35,307 bases of DNA from Armatimonadota bacterium (GTDB lineage: Bacteria; Armatimonadota; SYMT01): the NCBI GenBank assembly GCA_046292385.1, contig JBKBRF010000062.1:1-35307 (forward strand), in the 5' to 3' direction. Positions within the stretch are counted from its first letter, which is position 1. Every line of letters starts with the position of its first letter. Under the pieces are notes generated by a model that was not told where the DNA came from, did not search any database, and saw only the letters and a list, made by a program, of their open reading frames with translations. This document shows, in pieces, positions 27,064 through 35,307 of this stretch. The position numbers and the translations under genes were made by a program.

Positions 27064-27240
27064 GTGACGCAGAGCGTGTTGCGTGTGGAAGAATGCTGTG
27101 ACTGGTGCCGCAAGCCCGTGCAGCGCTGCACAGAGTCTTCTTGTGATGATGCCCGCACTTACAGCGGCATCCTGGTGCGTGGTGAGTGGAAAGAGCTGGA
27201 CGGCCAGCGGCGGGAAGCAATTCTCACCCTGACGGACTGA
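27064..27240 (+). CDS. small Cys-rich protein, 58 aa (below the ORF-track cutoff)
   Basis: AGGAGAGG SD 6 nt before GTG; MTQSVLRVEECCDWCRKPVQRCTESSCDDARTYSGILVRGEWKELDGQRREAILTLTD. Confidence 0.65.
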   Translation: MTQSVLRVEECCDWCRKPVQRCTESSCDDARTYSGILVRGEWKELDGQRREAILTLTD

Positions 27241-27321
27241 CCGCTTGACCGCGAGCGCTCGCCCTGCGTAGCGCACATCCGCTCCCTCACAGGAGCACGG
27301 CGGTAGCTGCGGCTAATTCGC

Positions 27322-27368
27322 AAAGCCATTGCCCGGCGTACGAAGAGGTACGCCGGGCAATGGCTTTT
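27322..27368 (+). terminator. strong intrinsic terminator
   Basis: perfect 20-bp IR aaagccattgcccggcgtac / gtacgccgggcaatggcttt, 6-nt loop, ending in TTTTCT. Confidence 0.8.
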
Positions 27369-27464
27369 CTGTCGGCCGGCATGCCGGGCAGCTCGCCTGC
27401 TATGTCTTGTCCGCCTTTCCAGTTCCGGGTAAGCTTTCTGTGAACAGTGAGAGGAGGCGAGAGA

Positions 27465-27995
27465 GTGCCTGCGGATGACGAATTCCTGAGACAGCTCAAC
27501 GAGCACTTCCGCAACCGCGGCGCCGACGAGCTGCCCGGCGAGGGCGTGCCCGCCGAAGAAGAGGAGCCCACCCGCCGCGGGCGGGAGCTCAACGAGCGTG
27601 AGGTGAAGGTGGTGGGCGTGTACCAGCACGCACACGGGGGTGCCTTCGTGGTGGTCCGGGACTCGCGCAGCCGCAACCTGCCGATCTGGATCGGCGAGGC
27701 CGAGGCCTACTCGATCGCTCTCGCCATTGAGGGCAGCGCGACCCCACGACCGATGACGCACGACCTCACCAAGCTACTGGTGGAGCGGCTGGGCGGTAAT
27801 CTCCAGTACATCCTGGTCGACGACCTCTACAACAACGTCTACTACGCCAAGCTGGTCCTGGAGCAGCGGGAGGAGCAGGTGGAGATCGACTGCCGTCCCA
27901 GCGACGCCATCGCCCTCGCCCTGCGCTTCAAGGCGCCGATCTACGTGGCCGATGCCGTGCTGGACGAGGGCCAGTGGGAAGTCAGCGAGGAGTAG
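27465..27995 (+). CDS. bifunctional nuclease family protein (DUF151)
   Basis: GAGGAGG SD before GTG; LPIWIGEAEAYSI, RPMTHDL, IDCRPSDAIALALR. Confidence 0.93.
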   Translation: MPADDEFLRQLNEHFRNRGADELPGEGVPAEEEEPTRRGRELNEREVKVVGVYQHAHGGAFVVVRDSRSRNLPIWIGEAEAYSIALAIEGSATPRPMTHDLTKLLVERLGGNLQYILVDDLYNNVYYAKLVLEQREEQVEIDCRPSDAIALALRFKAPIYVADAVLDEGQWEVSEE

Positions 27996-28017
27996 GCCGG
28001 GCCGCTGCCGGAGTCGC

Positions 28018-28058
28018 GAAGGCCGCGGAGCGCAGCAAGCGCCTCCGCGGCCTTCTTT
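28018..28058 (+). terminator. intrinsic terminator between convergent genes
   Basis: 13-bp IR gaaggccgcggag / ctccgcggccttc followed by TTT. Confidence 0.7.
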
Positions 28059-28085
28059 ACGCCATCCGGTCGGAACGAGCGGTGG

Positions 28086-28232
28086 TTAGACCACTCTGCG
28101 GCCGGTGAAGAGCTGCACGATCAGCACGACCACCGCGAGGACCAGCAGCAGGTGGATCAGTGAGCCGCCGACGCTCCCCACGAGCCCGAGCAGCCACAGC
28201 ACCAGCAGAATGGCAATGATCGTCCACAACAT
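28086..28232 (-). CDS. lmo0937-family small membrane protein, 48 aa (missing from the ORF track)
   Basis: GAGGGAGG SD; MLWTIIAILLVLWLLGLVGSVGGSLIHLLLVLAVVVLIVQLFTGRRVV fits the family pattern. Confidence 0.88.
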   Translation of the reverse strand: MLWTIIAILLVLWLLGLVGSVGGSLIHLLLVLAVVVLIVQLFTGRRVV

Positions 28233-28483
28233 CTCGTTCCCTCCCTCTATTCCCGTTCATAAGAGGTGCTACGGGCTGCCGGTGAGGCTCTCGCTCGTCA
28301 CCGCCCGTCCCCTCGGATCTGCGCACTGCGCTTTGCACCGCTTTACCCGGCGCAGGCACGGGACCAAACACCGCTTGCCGGGGAGCCAGTGGAGCTTGTG
28401 CTCTGCGGACACCGCTGGTATCATCCCCTTCCCCGTCGCTAACTCAGCCCCAGCGGCACGTCTTCGGAGCCCCCGGTGACCTG

Positions 28484-29782
28484 ATGGACTACGCGCAGTG
28501 GCCTGCAACCGAGGAATCGCTGTTCGGCGGCGCCTGGGGCGGCGGCAGCGCGGCGGCGCTGAGCGTCTCCCACCTCACCACCTACCTCTCCAGTCTGATC
28601 CGCGGCGACGAGATCCTGCAGGACGTCTGGGTGCGCGGCGAGGCCTCGAACCTCACCCGTGCCGCCTCGGGCCACTTTTACTTCTCGCTCAAGGACGACG
28701 GCGCGTGCCTGAGCTGCGTGATGTGGCGCACCTACGCCCGGGCGCTGTCGTTCCGCCCGGAGCCGGGGATGCAGCTAGTGGCGCACGGGCGGCTGACGCT
28801 CTACGCCCCCCGGGGGCAGTATCAGCTCGAGGTGGACGACCTCCAGCCGGACGGCGTGGGGGCGCTCCACCTGGGGCTGGAGCAGGCGAAGGCACGGCTG
28901 CTGGCGGAAGGGCTGCTCGACGCGCATCGCAAGCGACCCCTGCCGGCCTTCCCACGCTCCGTCGCCGTGGTGACCTCCACCACCGGCGCGGCCGTGCGTG
29001 ACATCTGCGTCACGCTCTCCCGCAGCCTCTGCCCGCCGCGCGTGGTCCTGGTTCCGGTGCTGGTGCAGGGCGCCGGGGCGGAGGAGAGCCTGATCCGCGG
29101 CCTCCGGCTCGCGAACGAGCGGAGCGGGGCGGACCTGGTGATCGTCGGACGCGGCGGCGGCTCCACGGAGGACCTGTGGAGCTTCAACTCGGAGGCACTG
29201 GCGCGGGAGATCGCCGCCTCCGCCCTGCCGGTGATCTCGGCGGTGGGGCACGAGTCCGACTTCACCCTGGCGGACATGGTCGCCGACGCGCGGGCCGCCA
29301 CCCCCACCGCCGCGGCCGAGCTGGTGACGGAGCGGCGCGAGGAGATGGTAGTGCGCGCCCAGGAGGCGGTCTCGCGCGCTCGCTGGCTGGTGGAAAGCCG
29401 GCTGGAGAGCGCGCGGCTCCGCTACAGGGGCGTGGCGGCGCGGGCCGTGCTGGCGCGGCCGGCGGAGCTGGTGGACCGGCGGCGGCAGCGGCTGGACGAC
29501 CTGGAAGCACGCCTGCAGCGGGCGCGCGCGCTCACCCTGTGGCGCGTGCAGCAGCGGCTGGCGCTGGCGGCCGGACGCCTCCAGGGAGTCAGCCCGCTCG
29601 CTACCCTGGCGCGCGGCTACGCGGCGGTAACGCGGGAGCGGGACGGAGCGCCGCTGCGCTCCGCCGGGGAAGTCGCGGTGGGAGAGCGGGTGCGCGTGCG
29701 GCTGGCCGACGGCTCGCTCGGCACGCGCGTCGAAGAGATCAGCTCCGGACCGGAGCAAGATGGGAGGACGGCAGATGAGTGA
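28484..29782 (+). CDS. xseA: exodeoxyribonuclease VII large subunit
   Basis: VWVRGEASN, SGHFYFSLKD, VTSTTGAAVRDI, GRGGGSTEDLWSFN, SAVGHESD, ATPTAAAE, LARGYA. Confidence 0.97.
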   Translation: MDYAQWPATEESLFGGAWGGGSAAALSVSHLTTYLSSLIRGDEILQDVWVRGEASNLTRAASGHFYFSLKDDGACLSCVMWRTYARALSFRPEPGMQLVAHGRLTLYAPRGQYQLEVDDLQPDGVGALHLGLEQAKARLLAEGLLDAHRKRPLPAFPRSVAVVTSTTGAAVRDICVTLSRSLCPPRVVLVPVLVQGAGAEESLIRGLRLANERSGADLVIVGRGGGSTEDLWSFNSEALAREIAASALPVISAVGHESDFTLADMVADARAATPTAAAELVTERREEMVVRAQEAVSRARWLVESRLESARLRYRGVAARAVLARPAELVDRRRQRLDDLEARLQRARALTLWRVQQRLALAAGRLQGVSPLATLARGYAAVTRERDGAPLRSAGEVAVGERVRVRLADGSLGTRVEEISSGPEQDGRTADE

Positions 29783-30032
29783 GCAGACCGATGCCCGCGG
29801 GTTCGAAGAGGCGGTGACCCGGCTGGAGACGATCGTCGGCGCGCTGGAGAGCGGGAGCCTCTCGCTGGAGGAGTCGCTGGCGCAGTTCGAGCAGGCCGTA
29901 GCGCTCTCACGCTACTGCGCGGCCCAGCTCGACGCGGCGGAGCAGCGGATCAGCGTGCTGACCGAGGAAGGACTGCAGCCGGGCAGCTCCCTGCCCTGGC
30001 TCTCTCAGGACCAGCTTGCCGGCGCTGACTGA
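29775..30032 (+). CDS. xseB: exodeoxyribonuclease VII small subunit
   Basis: FEEAVTRLETIVGALESGSLSLEESL; GGAGG SD; overlaps the xseA stop. Confidence 0.95.
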   Translation: MSEQTDARGFEEAVTRLETIVGALESGSLSLEESLAQFEQAVALSRYCAAQLDAAEQRISVLTEEGLQPGSSLPWLSQDQLAGAD

Positions 30033-30047
30033 CCCGTGCGCTGGGGC

Positions 30048-30407
30048 TTATCCGCGAGAGCCGCTGCCGGCCCCGGCGGCCTGGAGCTCCGGCACCACGC
30101 TGAAGATCCGGTCCAGCCCCGTGAGGCTCAGCGACTGCAGCACCGCGGGCTGCTCTGTGACGATCACCACCGAGTCGGGACCACCCCCCAGCTGCTTGCG
30201 GGTCGCGACGAGTATCCCGAGGCCGGTGCTGTCGATATACGTCACCTTGCCGAGATCGAACACGACCCGTTTCGGTTTTCCCCGGACGACTTCGGACGCG
30301 GCGCTGCGGAGCTGATCCACCGTCCCGAGGTCGACTTCTCCCTCGGCCCGGATGACCGGCACTCCCCCGGCTTCGTCCGTCGAGATTCTCAACTCACCGT
30401 AGCGCAT
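30048..30407 (-). CDS. STAS-domain anti-sigma factor antagonist (RsbV/SpoIIAA-like)
   Basis: GEVDL, VVFDLGKVTYIDSTGLG (phospho-Ser motif), LTGLDRIF. Confidence 0.9.
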   Translation of the reverse strand: MRYGELRISTDEAGGVPVIRAEGEVDLGTVDQLRSAASEVVRGKPKRVVFDLGKVTYIDSTGLGILVATRKQLGGGPDSVVIVTEQPAVLQSLSLTGLDRIFSVVPELQAAGAGSGSRG

Positions 30408-30460
30408 ACGCGGCCTCTTCTTATGAGGCGTGGCGCCGCGAGTTCGCCGCGACACGTTTG

Positions 30461-30474
30461 TGGTACTAGTACCA
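30461..30474. promoter_or_regulatory. perfect 14-bp palindrome TGGTACTAGTACCA, putative operator
   Basis: AT-rich dyad about 55 nt upstream of the STAS gene start. Confidence 0.4.
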
Positions 30475-30713
30475 TAGATTTGCGCACGCTCAAACACGTA
30501 GCAAGCGCACGGCAGCGAAAATGCCAGGCGTTGTCCGTGGCGACGGGCACATTCACCCGTAAAGATGCAGTCCGGAAGCGGAGTGTGGCGCGCCAATCAG
30601 GATTCCAGTGGGGGAGCGTACGCAAACTTCGGCCGGAGTCCGCTCCATCCGGATCGAGACTCCAGCCGCTGCTGATCCAGCCGAGACCTGACCGGTCCGC
30701 CATCCCACGCCCG

Positions 30714-30959
30714 CTAATGGCGTCGGCGCACGATGCGGGTGTGGAGGTAAAGCAGCACCATCCCCAGCACCACGGCGATCGCCACCATTCCCGCGAACTG
30801 CCACGCGCTGCTGAAGAGCGGTCCAACTGCAGCGCTGATCAGCGCCAGCACCGCGCCGATCAGCATGAAGACAAAGATCGGCCCGTAAACCCAGCGCAAG
30901 TCTCTATCGTCACGGTTCACGGGTCCGAGGCCCGTTCCGTTATCCCGTTCGTCGTTCAC
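30714..30959 (-). CDS. small 2-TM membrane protein, 81 aa
   Basis: GGAGG SD before GTG 30959; two TM helices; basic C-terminal tail. Confidence 0.7.
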   Translation of the reverse strand: MNDERDNGTGLGPVNRDDRDLRWVYGPIFVFMLIGAVLALISAAVGPLFSSAWQFAGMVAIAVVLGMVLLYLHTRIVRRRH

Positions 30960-31098
30960 TTTCGCCTCCGGAGCCGTGCGCCCCCGCCGCTTTGAAGGCG
31001 GCGCGCGGTTGGCTCTACTCGCTTGTTCCCAGCCGGCGCCCGCCTCAAGCATGCAGCCCGGCGACAGGCGCTCGCTCTCGGAAATCCGCTGCCGCGGG

Positions 31099-31128
31099 CT
31101 TTACACTAATACACTCAAGTGCTATACT
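31099..31128 (+). promoter_or_regulatory. sigma70-type dnaK promoter overlapped by a HAIR-like (HspR) operator
   Basis: TTTACA-N17-TATACT with extended TG; CTTTACA-N7-ACTCAAG versus HAIR consensus CTTGAGT-N7-ACTCAAG. Confidence 0.7.
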
Positions 31129-31262
31129 TTCGCTGTGCTAAAGAAGGCTCACGACGAGCCCTCCGACGAAGGCATTGACGCCGAATTCTCCGGGGTATAC
31201 TGGGGTGGGCCACCCGCGGCCCCGGCGGCGCGGAAACGATTTTTGGAGGCAACAGAAAGACC

Positions 31263-33164
31263 ATGGGTCGCACCGTAGGCATCGACTTGGGCACCACCAA
31301 CTCCGTGGTGGCGGTCCTGGACGGTGGGGAGCCCACCGTAATCCCGAACGCCGAGGGCGGCCGGACCACCCCGTCGGTTGTCGCGTTCACGAAGAATGGC
31401 GAGCGGCTGGTTGGGGCCCCGGCGAAGCGCCAGGCGATCATCAATCCGCAGAACACGATCTACTCGATCAAGCGCTTCATGGGACGTCGCTACGATGAGG
31501 TCTCGGAAGAGCGGAAGATCGTGCCGTACAAGGTGGTAGAAGGCCGCAACGGCATGGCGGTGGTGGAGATCGACGGCAAGCAGTATACGCCGGAAGAGAT
31601 CTCCGCCATGATCCTGCAAAAGCTGAAGACCGACGCGGAAGCGTTCCTGGGGGAGAAGGTGGACAAGGCGGTCATCACCGTCCCCGCCTACTTCAACGAC
31701 GCTCAGCGCACCGCCACCAAGAACGCCGGCCAGATCGCCGGGCTGGAGGTGCTCCGCATCATCAACGAGCCGACCGCGGCCTCGCTGGCGTACGGGCTGG
31801 ACAAGAAGAAGGACGAGACGATCCTGGTCTACGACCTGGGCGGCGGCACCTTCGACGTCTCCGTGCTCGACGTGGGCGAGGGCGTGATCGAGGTGAAGTC
31901 GACGAGCGGAGACACGCACCTGGGCGGCGACGACTGGGACCAGCGGATCGTCGACCACGTGGCGGAGAGTTTCCAGCGGCAGCAGGGGATCGACCTGCGC
32001 AAGGACGCCCAGGCGCTGCAGCGGCTGCGTGACGAAGCGGAGAAGGCGAAGATCGCCCTCTCGGCGGCCGTCACCACCAACATCAACCTGCCGTTCATCA
32101 CGGCCGACGCCAGCGGTCCAAAGCACCTGGACGAGCAGCTCACCCGAGCCAAGTTCGAGGAGCTGACCCGCGACCTGCTGGAGCGGACCCGCCGTCCGTT
32201 CGAACAGGCGGTCAAAGATGCCGGCATCGCGGCGAGCGCGCTGGACGAGATCGTGCTGGTGGGCGGCTCCACCCGCATGCCGATGGTCGTGGAGCTGGTC
32301 CGCAACCTCGGCGGCGGTAAGGACCCGCACCGCGGCGTGAATCCGGATGAAGTGGTGGCGATGGGCGCGGCGATCCAGGGCGGCGTGCTGGCCGGCGAGG
32401 TGAAGGATATCCTGCTCCTCGACGTGACCCCGCTGACGCTCGGCTTGGAGACGCTCGGCGGCGTGATGGACAAGGTGATCGAGCGGAACACCACCATCCC
32501 CACCCGGCAGACCCGGACCTACACCACGGCGGCCGACGGCCAGACCCAGGTGGAGATCCACATCCTGCAGGGCGAGCGCGACATGGCGCGGGACAACAGC
32601 TCCCTCGGGCGCTTCCAGCTCGCGGGCATCCCGCCGGCGCCGCGCGGCGTGCCGCAGATCGAGGTGACGTTCGACATCGACGCGAACGGCATCCTCAACG
32701 TCTCCGCCAAGGAGAAGGCGACCGGCAAGCAGCAGAGCATCACGATCACCGGCTCGACCAACCTGGACAAGGGGGAGATCGACCGGAAGATCCGCGAGGC
32801 GCAGGAGCACGCGCAGGAAGACGCCAAGCGGCGCGAGGAGATCGAGGTCAAGAACCGGGCGGAGCAGATGGTCTACCAGACCGAAAAGCTGCTCTCCGAC
32901 CTGGGCGACAAGGCTCCGAGCGACGTGCGGAACCAGGTGCAGTCCGCGCTCACCAACCTCCGCGAGGCGATCGACGGCGGCGACGCCGAGCAGATCAAGT
33001 CCCGCACGGAGGCGCTGCAGCAGGCGACCTATCGCCTGAGCGAGGCGGCCTACCAGGCGGCCGGGGCGTCTCCCGAAGGCCAGGCCGAGGGCGGTCCGCA
33101 GGGCCAGCAGAACGCCGCCGGAGACGACGAGGACGTGATCGAGGCGGAATACAAGACCGAGTAA
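31263..33164 (+). CDS. dnaK: molecular chaperone DnaK
   Basis: [51 protein letters not shown]. Confidence 0.99.
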   Translation: MGRTVGIDLGTTNSVVAVLDGGEPTVIPNAEGGRTTPSVVAFTKNGERLVGAPAKRQAIINPQNTIYSIKRFMGRRYDEVSEERKIVPYKVVEGRNGMAVVEIDGKQYTPEEISAMILQKLKTDAEAFLGEKVDKAVITVPAYFNDAQRTATKNAGQIAGLEVLRIINEPTAASLAYGLDKKKDETILVYDLGGGTFDVSVLDVGEGVIEVKSTSGDTHLGGDDWDQRIVDHVAESFQRQQGIDLRKDAQALQRLRDEAEKAKIALSAAVTTNINLPFITADASGPKHLDEQLTRAKFEELTRDLLERTRRPFEQAVKDAGIAASALDEIVLVGGSTRMPMVVELVRNLGGGKDPHRGVNPDEVVAMGAAIQGGVLAGEVKDILLLDVTPLTLGLETLGGVMDKVIERNTTIPTRQTRTYTTAADGQTQVEIHILQGERDMARDNSSLGRFQLAGIPPAPRGVPQIEVTFDIDANGILNVSAKEKATGKQQSITITGSTNLDKGEIDRKIREAQEHAQEDAKRREEIEVKNRAEQMVYQTEKLLSDLGDKAPSDVRNQVQSALTNLREAIDGGDAEQIKSRTEALQQATYRLSEAAYQAAGASPEGQAEGGPQGQQNAAGDDEDVIEAEYKTE

Positions 33165-33173
33165 GCGGTCGGC

Positions 33174-33223
33174 CCGGCGCGGCGGGCGGGGAGGGTCCTC
33201 GCTCTTCCCCGCCCGCCGTGCCG
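33174..33223 (+). other. GC-rich intercistronic hairpin between dnaK and dnaJ
   Basis: 17-bp IR ccggcgcggcgggcggg / cccgcccgccgtgccgg with one G-U pair; no U tract. Confidence 0.6.
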
Positions 33224-33255
33224 GAGCGAAGCAGTGAGCGGGAGTTCAGGGAGTG

Positions 33256-34398
33256 ATGGCTGTGGCAGCGGGTAAGGACTACTACGAGATCCTGGGAGTA
33301 CCAAAGTCGGCCTCCGCCAAGGAGATCAAGGCCGCCTACCGGAAGCTCGCGCGCCAGCACCACCCGGACCTGAACCCCGGCAACAAGGCGTCGGAGGAGC
33401 GCTTCAAGGAGATCAGCGAAGCCTACGACGTGCTGGGCGACGAGGAGAAGCGCAAGAAGTACGATACCTTCGGCTCCAACTGGGAGTTCGGCGGAGCCGG
33501 CGGCCCCGGGCCCGGCGCCGGCGCGGGCGGCTTCAACTTCGGCGGCGGCGGGGTGGGCGGCGAGGGCCACTTCGACATCGACCTGGAAGACCTCTTCGGC
33601 GGCATCTTCGGAGGCCGCGGCGGAGGCGGCCGGGCCGCGCGGCGCGGGCCGCAGCGGGGCGAGGACCTCCAGTACGAGATCGAGGTGACGCTGGAGGAAG
33701 CGTACAGCGGCGGCGAGCGGCGGTTCACCATTACCGCGCCGGACACCTGTCCTACCTGTCACGGCTCCGGCGCGGAACCAGGCGCCAAGCTGGAGACCTG
33801 CCCGCAGTGCAAGGGCTCCGGCCAGGGACGCAACCTGGGCGGCTTTACCCTGCGCGGAGAGACCTGCAACCGCTGCGGCGGGACCGGCCAGGTGCCGACG
33901 CAGGAGTGCCACACCTGCCGGGGCCGCGGCATCGTGGAGCGTCCGCGCGCCGTCACCGTCACCATCCCCAAGGGAGTGGCGGACGGGAACAAGCTGCGCG
34001 TAGCGGGGCAGGGGAACCCCGGCTCCGGCGGCGGCCCCGCGGGCGATCTCTACCTGATCGTAAAGACCCGCCCGCACCCGCTCTTCGAGCGGAAAGGGGA
34101 CCACCTCTACGTCGACCTCCCCGTCTCTTTCACGGAGGCGGCGCTCGGCGCGGAGGTGCAGGTGCCGACCGTCACCGGCAAGGTCACCATGCGCGTGCCG
34201 CCCGGCGTGCAGAGCGGCCAGCAGCTCCGACTGAGCGGCCAGGGGATGCCGCGGCGGTCCGGCGGAGCGGGCGACCTCTTCGCGCGGATCCGCGTGACGG
34301 TGCCGAAGAACCTGTCCGACGAAGAGCGCGGCCTGATCGAGCGGCTCCGGGAGCTGCGCTCGGAGAACCCGCGGGAGAAGATCCTGGCGGGCCGATAA
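33256..34398 (+). CDS. dnaJ: molecular chaperone DnaJ
   Basis: J domain with HPD, G/F-rich region, four CxxCxGxG repeats, C-terminal domain. Confidence 0.97.
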   Translation: MAVAAGKDYYEILGVPKSASAKEIKAAYRKLARQHHPDLNPGNKASEERFKEISEAYDVLGDEEKRKKYDTFGSNWEFGGAGGPGPGAGAGGFNFGGGGVGGEGHFDIDLEDLFGGIFGGRGGGGRAARRGPQRGEDLQYEIEVTLEEAYSGGERRFTITAPDTCPTCHGSGAEPGAKLETCPQCKGSGQGRNLGGFTLRGETCNRCGGTGQVPTQECHTCRGRGIVERPRAVTVTIPKGVADGNKLRVAGQGNPGSGGGPAGDLYLIVKTRPHPLFERKGDHLYVDLPVSFTEAALGAEVQVPTVTGKVTMRVPPGVQSGQQLRLSGQGMPRRSGGAGDLFARIRVTVPKNLSDEERGLIERLRELRSENPREKILAGR

Positions 34399-34462
34399 GC
34401 CCGGCGGCGAAGTGTCTGCGGACGGGCGCGGCGCCGGCGGCGCAACGGAGGAGTGGTTTTCG

Positions 34463-34774
34463 ATGGCGGATCGTGAGTTTGAGCCCCTCTACGTGATCAG
34501 TGTCGCGGCGAGGCAGGTGGGAATGCATCCGCAGACCCTGAGGTTGTACGAGCGCGAGGGCCTGGTCAAGCCGGCCCGCCGCGGCAGCAACCGGCTCTAC
34601 AGCGACAACGACATCGCGCGGCTGCGGCAGATCCAGCGCCTGACCCAGGACATGGGGGTCAACCTCGCCGGGGTGGAGATCATCCTGCGGCTGATGGAGC
34701 AGGTGAGCGAGCTCCAGGACGAGCTGGACCGCCTGCGGCAGCACCAGCTCCCCGTGCCGGTGCTGGAGGAGTAG
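34463..34774 (+). CDS. hspR: MerR family heat-shock repressor HspR
   Basis: GGAGG SD; YVISVAA..GMHPQTLRLYEREGL...RLYS...GVNLAGV; follows dnaJ. Confidence 0.9.
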   Translation: MADREFEPLYVISVAARQVGMHPQTLRLYEREGLVKPARRGSNRLYSDNDIARLRQIQRLTQDMGVNLAGVEIILRLMEQVSELQDELDRLRQHQLPVPVLEE

Positions 34775-34799
34775 CTGCCGTTCGGTCACCTGCCCCACC

Positions 34800-35132
34800 A
34801 TGAGCGCATCGGACCAACCGACCCAGCACTTCCAGCAGATGGCGGCGCTGGCGGAAGCGCTGCAATCGCTTCGAGCCGAGATCAGCGAACACCATTACCA
34901 TGGTGAGACGTCCGGCTCGTGGTGGGTTCTCGTGCGCTATCAGGGTGTTCGGATGCAGCTCGCGTTCGACGGCCGCGACTCTCTGCTGACTCTCCGCTGC
35001 TCCGCGTCTCGAATGCGCCCTGATGATTGGGGACCGGGAGTGTGGACGAAGCTGCATCGTGAGGCAATGTTTCCGGTGTCGGAAATCGTTCGCGCGATCC
35101 AGGAGGCGGTCGCCGGTCAGCACGACAGGTAG
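34800..35132 (+). CDS. hypothetical protein, 110 aa
   Basis: ORF with globular-looking sequence downstream of hspR; weak SD and weaker GC3 bias. Confidence 0.5.
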   Translation: MSASDQPTQHFQQMAALAEALQSLRAEISEHHYHGETSGSWWVLVRYQGVRMQLAFDGRDSLLTLRCSASRMRPDDWGPGVWTKLHREAMFPVSEIVRAIQEAVAGQHDR

Positions 35133-35307
35133 GACAACTGCGGCCGGCTCTCGGAAGCGATCCGTGACCGCGGTTCACCATTCCCCGGCGGGGAAGCGGT
35201 GGCAAGTGTCACACGCTGTAAAGTTACGCCGCTGGTGGCGCAGGAAGGTTTTGCCGCATCGCTCGCTTGCGCGAAGGAGGCCGGGGATGCGCTACCTGCA
35301 GGCCCAC

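Noticed and set aside
27299..27310. ops/JUMPstart-like ggcggtagctgc
   Set aside because: Only the 8-nt core matches, which is expected by chance at this GC; it is not upstream of a polysaccharide operon
31100..31127. CIRCE (HrcA) operator
   Set aside because: Only the right half (AGTGCTA) resembles the consensus; the left half and spacing do not fit; promoter plus HAIR explains the site better
31149..32810. 553-aa ORF antisense to dnaK
   Set aside because: Well-known antisense shadow frame of dnaK in GC-rich genomes; no independent motifs

Overview
High-GC bacterial chromosomal window; the lineage cannot be read directly from the sequence. It is mostly housekeeping and accessory genes: an O-antigen-ligase-family fusion, a cpsB-like phosphatase/rfbC/orphan DNA methyltransferase/small-protein cluster, an ECF sigma/anti-sigma locus, carbohydrate-related enzymes and two ABC permeases, an AraC plus RclC-like pair, an orphan barstar, xseAB, a STAS anti-anti-sigma factor and dnaK-dnaJ-hspR without grpE. 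I found no rRNA, tRNA, CRISPR array or transposase. The least explained features are: (i) a 4 x 139-bp non-coding tandem array upstream of the ECF sigma gene with a covarying hairpin; (ii) a multi-stem leader abutting the SD of an unannotated 58-aa Cys-rich ORF, followed by a perfect 20-bp terminator; (iii) an O-antigen ligase with an internal signal-peptide-like segment and an Ig-like passenger domain; (iv) several families of intergenic inverted repeats built from tandem 7-9-mers. Protein family calls come from motif recognition by eye; no searches were run.
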